Below are positions 57,887 to 64,000 of a DNA stretch of 64,000 nt, in pieces. Each line of letters begins with the position of its first letter. Position 1 is the stretch's first letter. The notes under the pieces were generated by a model. It was given only the letters and a program-made list of their open reading frames with translations. It was not told where the DNA came from and did not search any database. Origin of the DNA: Alphaproteobacteria bacterium (GTDB lineage Bacteria; Pseudomonadota; Alphaproteobacteria; BOG-932; Roseiterribacteraceae); contig OZ255631.1 of the NCBI GenBank assembly GCA_965276835.1, positions 3,565,575-3,629,574 of the forward strand, in the 5' to 3' direction. Both the position numbers and the translations under genes were made by a program.

Positions 57887-58333
57887 ATGTCAGCCACACC
57901 GCTCGCAGCACAGAACCCTGACTTCATAGCGGTCACGACCCGCTTCATCATGGACATGCCGATTGCCGCGTTCTTCGGCTTTTCGATCACCGATATCGCG
58001 CCCGGCTTTCTGGAGGTCACTCAGCCCTATCGGCCCGAGCTGTGTTTCCAGGGGCGGATGTTCCAGGCCGGTCCGATCGGCACCTTGGCCGATTTCGCCG
58101 GCGCCGGGGCGTGTTTCAGCATGCTGCCGCCCGGTTGGCTGGCGGCGACAGCCGACTATACCGTCAAACTGCTGGCCCCGGCCGAGGGCGACAGGCTGGT
58201 CGCGCGGGGGCGGGTGGTTCAATACGGACGCACGCTATCGGTCGCGGCCAGCGAGGTGTTCGCGGTTACCGGCGATCGGGAAACTCTCTGCGCCACGGCG
58301 CTGGTCACTGCCCGCAACTTCGCCGCACGATAG
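57887..58333 (+). CDS. PaaI-family thioesterase
   Basis: QAGPIGTLADFAG, TADYTVKLLAPA, GRVVQYGRTL; GGAG RBS before ATG 57887. Confidence 0.88.
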   Translation: MSATPLAAQNPDFIAVTTRFIMDMPIAAFFGFSITDIAPGFLEVTQPYRPELCFQGRMFQAGPIGTLADFAGAGACFSMLPPGWLAATADYTVKLLAPAEGDRLVARGRVVQYGRTLSVAASEVFAVTGDRETLCATALVTARNFAAR

Positions 58334-58384
58334 ACATAAACGCGGCTATAGTGGCCGAATCATCATGGGAACGGGACTGGCGAA

Positions 58385-59557
58385 ATGACCAGACACATTG
58401 CACGCCGCGATGTCATGCGGACCGGCGGGGGGCTGATTTCCGCCCTGGCCTTGGACGGCTGCGTCGGCGGGCCGGTGCGGCAACAGCAGGCCACTCTGCC
58501 GCCGGTGCGCGCCGCGATGGACCGGCTGATCAAGATCACGGTCTGTACGCGCCCCTTCCGCGCCGAGGGGCCCCGGCTGGACGTGGAAAAGATCGGCGAC
58601 AAGATCGTCGTGCATAATTACGGCCACGGCGGCAGCGGCTGGTCGCTGTCCTGGGGATCCAGCACGATCGCGACGAACAAGGCGATGGCCACCGGCGCAC
58701 GCAATATCGGCGTGATCGGCTGCGGCGCGCTGGGCTTGACCTCGGCCACCTTGCTCCAGCGCGCGGGTTATCCGGTCACGATCTACGCCAAGGATCGCCC
58801 GCCACAGGTGCGTTCGTCGCTGGCGACAGGGCTGTGGACGCCGGATTCACGGATCTGCCTTGAAGAACGGGCGACACCGGAATTCCGCCTGCTGTGGCAG
58901 ACGATGCGCGATACGTCGTTCGCCACCTACCAAAACTATCTCGGGCTGCCGGGCGAGCCGGTGGAGTGGATCGATCATTATCGCCTGTCCGGTGGGCTGG
59001 ACCGCCCAAAGCCGGCACCCTCGGCCGACGAGATCCAGTTCGCCGAACTGCAGCACGACATGCCGGACGTCCGCGAACGCCAGGCCGACGATCTGACCGG
59101 CGCCGCCAACCCCTTCCCGCGCTTCAGCACGCGCCGGTCGGCCAACATGATGTTCAACTTGATCGAGTACCAGCATCTGCTGATCGCAGATTTCCTGGCG
59201 GGCGGCGGGCGCATCGAGACGCGGGAGTTTCACACGCCGTCGGATTTCGCGGGCCTGCCGCAGAAGGCGCTGATCAACTGCACCGGCTATGGCGCGCGGG
59301 CGCTGTTCAAGGACGACAGCGTCATCCCCGTGCGCGGTCAGCTGGCCCGCCTGATCCCCCAGCCGGAGGTCGCTTACAGCCTGTACTATAACGGTGTTTC
59401 GTTCGTGCCCCGCCGTGACGGGCTGGTGATCCAGGCCGTCGGGCTGGATGAAGGGGTCGGCTACGGCGACACTTCGACCGAACCGAACCGGGGCGAAGCC
59501 GAGCAGGCGGTTGCGACGATCGCCAGCATCTTCGAGCCGCCGGCGGCGAACGCCTGA
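58385..59557 (+). CDS. D-amino-acid-oxidase-like FAD oxidoreductase, Tat lipoprotein
   Basis: ARRDVM twin-Arg and LDGC lipobox; HNYGHGGSG, IGCGALG, PVRGQ. Confidence 0.85.
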   Translation: MTRHIARRDVMRTGGGLISALALDGCVGGPVRQQQATLPPVRAAMDRLIKITVCTRPFRAEGPRLDVEKIGDKIVVHNYGHGGSGWSLSWGSSTIATNKAMATGARNIGVIGCGALGLTSATLLQRAGYPVTIYAKDRPPQVRSSLATGLWTPDSRICLEERATPEFRLLWQTMRDTSFATYQNYLGLPGEPVEWIDHYRLSGGLDRPKPAPSADEIQFAELQHDMPDVRERQADDLTGAANPFPRFSTRRSANMMFNLIEYQHLLIADFLAGGGRIETREFHTPSDFAGLPQKALINCTGYGARALFKDDSVIPVRGQLARLIPQPEVAYSLYYNGVSFVPRRDGLVIQAVGLDEGVGYGDTSTEPNRGEAEQAVATIASIFEPPAANA

Positions 59558-59569
59558 AGGCGGCGCGAA

Positions 59570-60862
59570 TCAGTAGCTGGTTTTTAGCGGCACCAGGGCG
59601 ATCAGGCTGATCAGCGCCGCGCCGCTGAGATAGACGCCGACATAGAACAGGCCGCCGTTGGCCGCCAGGCTTGTCGCCAGGAGCGGTGCGACAGCGCCGC
59701 CCAAAATGCCGCCCAGATTGAACGCCATCGACGCACCGGTATAGCGCACGCGCGCCGGGAACAGATGCGGCAGCCAGGCGCCCAGCGGCCCATAGGTGAA
59801 CCCCATCAGCAGCATGGCCAGCGCCAGGAACAGGAAGATGACCAGAAGCGACCCGCTGCCCAGCATCGGGCCCAGCAGGAAGCCGGCGAAGATCGTGCCG
59901 ACGCAGCCGCCCATCAGGACCTGACGCGGGCCGATCCGGTCAGACAGAATGCCCGCCAGTGCGATCCCGGTCGCCATGAACAGGACGGCGCCGATCTCGA
60001 CCTGCAGAAAGGCGTTGCGCGAATAGCCAAGGGTCAGCGTGCCGTAACCCAGGGCGAATGCGGTTGCCAGATAGAACGACGCGAAGCAGGCAACTGCCGC
60101 GAAGGTGCCGCCGATCATCTGGCGCGGATATTTCCGCAGAACCTCGCCCAGCGGCACGCGCGACGGCGGCGGCTCGGCCAGCGCCTTGGCGAATGCCGGC
60201 GTCTCGGTCAGCTTCAGCCGGACCCAAAGCCCCAGGCTGACCAGGACGATGCTGCCCAGGAACGGGATCCGCCAGCCCCAGGCGACAAACTGGTCGTGGG
60301 TCAGCAGCACGCCCAATAACAGGAACATCCCGTTCGCAGCGATGAAGCCGACCGGCGCGCCAAGTTGCGGGAACATGCCGTACCGCTCCTTAAGATGCGG
60401 CGGCGCGTTCTCAACCGCCAGCAAGGCGGCCCCACCCCATTCGCCGCCCAGCCCGAAGCCCTGGCCGAAACGCAGGACGCACAGCAGAACCGGCGCGACC
60501 CATCCTGCCATTTGATAGGTCGGCAGAAAGGCGATCACGGTCGTCGAACCGCCCATGATGAGCAAGGAGGCGACCAGCGTCGACTTGCGCCCGATCCGGT
60601 CGCCGAAATGCCCGAAGAAGATCGCGCCGACCGGCCGGGCGACGAAAGCGAGACTGAGGCTGGCATAGGACGACAGCAGCTGCAGCGACGCCGAGGACGA
60701 CGGGAAGAACAGCGGGCCCAGCACCAGTGACGCGGCGGTGGCATAGATGTAGTAGTCGTAGAATTCGACCGCGGTGCCGATCAGGCTGGCGAACAGAATG
60801 CGCGCGACGGGTGTCTGCGCGGCCTTTGCCGGTATTTCCAGTTCGGTAGCGATCGACGTCAT
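59570..60862 (-). CDS. MFS metabolite:H+ symporter (MHS family)
   Basis: GTAVEFYDYYIY, GHFGDRIGRK, GLGGEWGGA. Confidence 0.93.
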   Translation of the reverse strand: MTSIATELEIPAKAAQTPVARILFASLIGTAVEFYDYYIYATAASLVLGPLFFPSSSASLQLLSSYASLSLAFVARPVGAIFFGHFGDRIGRKSTLVASLLIMGGSTTVIAFLPTYQMAGWVAPVLLCVLRFGQGFGLGGEWGGAALLAVENAPPHLKERYGMFPQLGAPVGFIAANGMFLLLGVLLTHDQFVAWGWRIPFLGSIVLVSLGLWVRLKLTETPAFAKALAEPPPSRVPLGEVLRKYPRQMIGGTFAAVACFASFYLATAFALGYGTLTLGYSRNAFLQVEIGAVLFMATGIALAGILSDRIGPRQVLMGGCVGTIFAGFLLGPMLGSGSLLVIFLFLALAMLLMGFTYGPLGAWLPHLFPARVRYTGASMAFNLGGILGGAVAPLLATSLAANGGLFYVGVYLSGAALISLIALVPLKTSY

Positions 60863-61045
60863 GCCAGGTCCCCGGGATATCGCAGCCGTTTTGGCTGCCC
60901 TTCACTATTCTTGATAGTCCGAACCGCCGGTTTGCACAAAGTGGATTGCGACGGACGTCCTGTCGCGCCGGCAGGCATTTCCATCTTCACGACCGGTGAA
61001 AAACCGCAGACACTCCCGCAGGTTTCACAGTGATTCGAGTCGGTC

Positions 61046-61912
61046 ATGAACGATATTGCCGCCGCGCCAACCAAAATGACCCGCGAGGGGCTGCTGAAGT
61101 CGCTGCATCTCGGGCGGATCCTGAAGATTCCACCCGATATGCCGGCTGTGCTGGAGATCGCGCAGGGCATGCAGCAGGCGGGCGACATCGCGCCGTACGC
61201 GCCGCGCGGGGCAAACGCCTTTTGCCTTACGCCGGCAGGCCTGGACGAGGCCGTCAGGCTGTATGGCCCGGTGGTCGCCGAAATTCCGATGGCGACGGAA
61301 CTGGACCTCGCGATTCCGGAGATTTCGAAATCCAAGGGTGCGGACAGAGACGACCAGCTGGCCGCCTTCGCCCGGACTCTGCGCCTCAAATTCCGCTATA
61401 TTTCCGCATCCGACGAGCTGTCCGACCCGACCTCGGTTATCAGCGGCGCGGATACCAAGGAACCGGTCTTCGTTCTGCGCGGCCGCGATTTCCTGGCGGG
61501 CCAGGTTGTCGGTTGGTGGATCTGGCTGGCGCAGAATCGCGGCGTTGGCCTGGACAAGATCGAACGCGCCAAGATTCAGCAATCGGCGCTGACCAATTGG
61601 GCGGAAAAGGCCCTGCCGCAGACCGGGCATCGGCCCGAACATGTGCAAACAGCCGACGAGCAGTTCGCCCTGCCCGGCTCGACGCTGAAACGCGCCCATC
61701 CGGACGAGCCGGTCTTCGTGCTGCGCGGTGCGGACGTCCTGGCCGCGAAAACCGTCGAGTATTGGGCCTATCTGGCGCAGTTGAACGGGTCCGACGAGGC
61801 GACGGTTTCCGGTGCGCTCAAGATCGCGCGCGCCATGCGGGACTGGACCAAAAAGATGATCCCCGGCCGCGTCAGCCTGAAGCGCCTGCAGGAAGCCGAC
61901 GTCGACGGCTGA
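61046..61912 (+). CDS. hypothetical protein with a tandem EPVFVLRG domain
   Basis: Two copies starting at aa 139 and aa 221. Confidence 0.8.
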   Translation: MNDIAAAPTKMTREGLLKSLHLGRILKIPPDMPAVLEIAQGMQQAGDIAPYAPRGANAFCLTPAGLDEAVRLYGPVVAEIPMATELDLAIPEISKSKGADRDDQLAAFARTLRLKFRYISASDELSDPTSVISGADTKEPVFVLRGRDFLAGQVVGWWIWLAQNRGVGLDKIERAKIQQSALTNWAEKALPQTGHRPEHVQTADEQFALPGSTLKRAHPDEPVFVLRGADVLAAKTVEYWAYLAQLNGSDEATVSGALKIARAMRDWTKKMIPGRVSLKRLQEADVDG

Positions 61913-62145
61913 CGTCGAAATCTCGGTGCGCCGTCATCGATGAGTCCGTCGGCGCACGGTTGAGGATGGAATATCCCGCTCCCCTTATCGTCCCCAAGAG
62001 AATGGACTGAGCTAGGCTGAACGTTAAAAGTTCTTAACCTGCGTAATGATAAGTTGCTGTTTTGGGGTTTTATTCCCATTTGATTGAAAGAGGGAATTTC
62101 AGGCTGTCCGACTAATAGTCGGGCACATGTTCGGAGTATGGGGCG

Positions 62146-63123
62146 ATGTCTTTTACTTTAACCAACCGTAAAACAACGCGGGCCTCACGCCTTGCAAAAC
62201 TTCTTCCGGTCATCGCGCTTGCCGTTGGCTTCGGCCTGGGTGCGTCCGGAACCGCCTTTGCGCAACATGGCGGTGGTGGCGGCGGTGGCCATGGCGGTGG
62301 CGGTGGCGGTGGCGGCGGCCACGGGGGCGGCGGTGGCGGTTTCCACGGCGGCGGCGGCGGTCATGGCGGCGGCGGCTGGCACGGCGGTGGCGGTTGGCAC
62401 GGTGGCGGCTGGCACGGTGGCGGCCGGGGCGGCCGTGGCTGGGGCGGCCGTGGCTGGGGCGGCCGTGGCTGGGGCTGGGGCGGCTGGGGTTGGGGTGGCT
62501 GGGGCGGTTATTACCCCGGCATCGGACTAGGCTTCGACCCGTACTGGTATGGCGGCTATTACGATCTGGAATCGGCACCGGTCTACGCACCGCCGCCGGA
62601 GGACGATCAGGGTGCTTACGGCCCACCGGAGGCCTATAACCAGCAAGGCGCTTACGGTCCGCAGGGGCCGCAAAACTATGCGCCCACCGGCGAGGGCGCG
62701 GCCGATAACAGCCGCGGCTTCTATCGCTGGCAGGTCGGCGTCGAAAACGGCAGTTGCAACCGCCCCTATCTGGGGCAGGTGGTCAACAGCGTGAACGGCG
62801 CGACGTCGGCGTCCTTCCGGCCCGGCCAGCGTATAGGTGGCATTTCGGTTGCGCCAGTGGTCGGCGGCAAGGTCGGCGCCCGCATGGATGTGACCGACCA
62901 GGCCTGTGCGACCGAGGCGCTGGAGCGGACCAACACGGGAACGCCCGTGCGCTGGCAAACCGCGACCGGCATCCCGATAACGTTCACCGCAACCAAGACC
63001 AGCGATGCGGGCGGGCGGCGCTGCCGCGACTTCACCGCGACAGCCGCCTTCGCAAGCCAGACGCAGTCCGTCGGGGGTTATGCTTGCAAGGAAACCGACG
63101 GCAGCTGGCAGACGATGCGGTAA
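62146..63123 (+). CDS. exported Gly/Trp-rich protein with C-terminal 17-kDa-surface-antigen-like domain
   Basis: Signal peptide; GGGWHG and GGRGW repeats; ALERTNTGTPVRW...CRDFT...ACKETDGSWQ. Confidence 0.75.
   Translation: MSFTLTNRKTTRASRLAKLLPVIALAVGFGLGASGTAFAQHGGGGGGGHGGGGGGGGGHGGGGGGFHGGGGGHGGGGWHGGGGWHGGGWHGGGRGGRGWGGRGWGGRGWGWGGWGWGGWGGYYPGIGLGFDPYWYGGYYDLESAPVYAPPPEDDQGAYGPPEAYNQQGAYGPQGPQNYAPTGEGAADNSRGFYRWQVGVENGSCNRPYLGQVVNSVNGATSASFRPGQRIGGISVAPVVGGKVGARMDVTDQACATEALERTNTGTPVRWQTATGIPITFTATKTSDAGGRRCRDFTATAAFASQTQSVGGYACKETDGSWQTMR
62428..62472 (+). repeat. three perfect 15-bp tandem repeats encoding GGRGW
   Basis: GGCGGCCGTGGCTGG x3. Confidence 0.95.
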
Positions 63124-63148
63124 CGCCGCACGCCAAACCCGAACGAGG

Positions 63149-63179
63149 AAGACCGGCCGCTGTGCCGGTCTTTCTTTTT
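63149..63179 (+). terminator. intrinsic terminator
   Basis: AAGACCGGC-cgctgt-GCCGGTCTT then TCTTTTT. Confidence 0.85.
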
Positions 63180-63199
63180 GTGCGATCAGTGCGTTGGAA

Positions 63200-63215
63200 T
63201 GGCTGGGGCGGGAAG
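63200..63215 (-). mobile_element. tRNA 3'-end duplicate (candidate att site, tRNA-Gln-like)
   Basis: Minus strand reads CTTCC-CGCCCCA-G-CCA; GC content drops immediately to the right. Confidence 0.55.
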
Positions 63216-63407
63216 CCCAGACCGACTCAGGCTCTCTCAGAATGCCTTTTATTAATGCGTCGGCGCTATCGGATGGCAATCGTAGATACAAATGCGAATC
63301 GACAAAAAATCCGCAGCGCCTCCTCAAAGAGAGGCCCCGATCTGGGCAATTGCGCTGTTCGAGGAACCGACAGCAGGGCAAATCTTGAAGGTATCAATTG
63401 GCCCGAG

Positions 63408-63998
63408 TTAGACCCGTCCTCCTATTTCAAACAGCGTTGTCCAAGTCTTACGGTGAATTGCTGTATCCCTGTCGACGAGGCAGAATGGAAAGAATTCCGT
63501 CATATAAGGTACACTGGGAGTTTCAATCCCGTCCTGCTGCTCAAGTTGATGAACCTTGTCTATAAGACTTTCGATTAGGCGGTAGATTGGCTGCAGTATC
63601 TCGATTACGGCCCATACGCAGTGACCGCGACTGACGTGGGCGACCCCAAGTTGAAATGTTACGTCAATGGTCAAATCCCATTGGCCCTTAGGTCCCATTT
63701 CCAAGCCCAGCAATCCCAAAGCCTCGCACTGCTGTTGAGCACGCCGCATAATGCCGTTGAGGCGCCTATAGCTAAGGGCATCTTCAGCAATCCGCATATG
63801 GACCGCAAACCAGCGGGTGAGCGGATCCGTAGTCTCCTGGCCGCTAACCAGTTGATCGATGTTATAGTAGCGCGATGCGCGGGCGAACTCGGAAAGAACG
63901 GTAAGAAGTTCTATTTGATTCGTGGACGTTTCGAACCATCCATCGGTAATCGAGTGCGCTTTGGCCGCATTCCGAAGGAAAGTATAAAGCTCCGTTAT
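63408..63998 (-). CDS. low-GC hypothetical protein, 5' end beyond window
   Basis: Frame is open from 63408 to the window edge; LSEFARASRYYNIDQL...DPLTRW; 48% GC in 63421-63480. Confidence 0.75.
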   Translation of the reverse strand: MTELYTFLRNAAKAHSITDGWFETSTNQIELLTVLSEFARASRYYNIDQLVSGQETTDPLTRWFAVHMRIAEDALSYRRLNGIMRRAQQQCEALGLLGLEMGPKGQWDLTIDVTFQLGVAHVSRGHCVWAVIEILQPIYRLIESLIDKVHQLEQQDGIETPSVPYMTEFFPFCLVDRDTAIHRKTWTTLFEIGGRV

Positions 63999-64000
63999 GG

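Noticed and set aside
62023-62038. GTTAA-N6-TTAAC as a CtrA site
   Set aside because: CtrA needs TTAA-N7-TTAA; spacing is 6. It may still be another operator, but there is no support
62105-62125. 9-bp hairpin upstream of the Gly-rich gene RBS
   Set aside because: Short GC hairpins arise by chance; no U-tract or recognisable RNA family
63200-63280. Complete tRNA gene
   Set aside because: No TTCGA loop, anticodon arm or 5' acceptor strand; only the 3' 16 nt match

Overview
GC-rich alphaproteobacterial chromosomal segment (MucR/Ros gene, alpha-type LexA-like boxes, alpha-type LpxD); the genus cannot be fixed from sequence alone. It is mostly lipid/aromatic-type catabolic genes (SDRs, LLM monooxygenase, acyl-CoA ligase, CoA transferase, ACAD, ECHs, E1 alpha/beta, ALDH, AtuA-like), plus an mdtABC+OMF efflux operon, purine salvage/uptake genes, one complete IS5-family element and three kinds of palindromic intergenic repeat. 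No rRNA, full tRNA or CRISPR array was seen. Main leads: (1) a TonB-dependent receptor fused to a C-terminal OmpA-like peptidoglycan-binding domain; (2) a GTTCAC-N4-GTGAAC operator shared by two acyl-CoA catabolic clusters near an IclR gene; (3) tandem LexA-type boxes before a 2H phosphoesterase; (4) a decayed islet at 48-51.3 kb with a frameshift-fused DUF4160/DUF2442 pair, an orphan Phd antitoxin, a SRAP remnant and a duplicated atuA-like fragment; (5) a circularly permuted, Tat-exported D-amino-acid-oxidase-like lipoprotein; (6) a protein with a tandem uncharacterised domain; (7) a 16-bp tRNA-Gln 3' end at 63200-63215 marking a probable island boundary. All calls are by eye from motifs and the ORF track, with no database search. 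Start codons were adjusted by hand where noted and GC values are hand counts of 60-nt samples.
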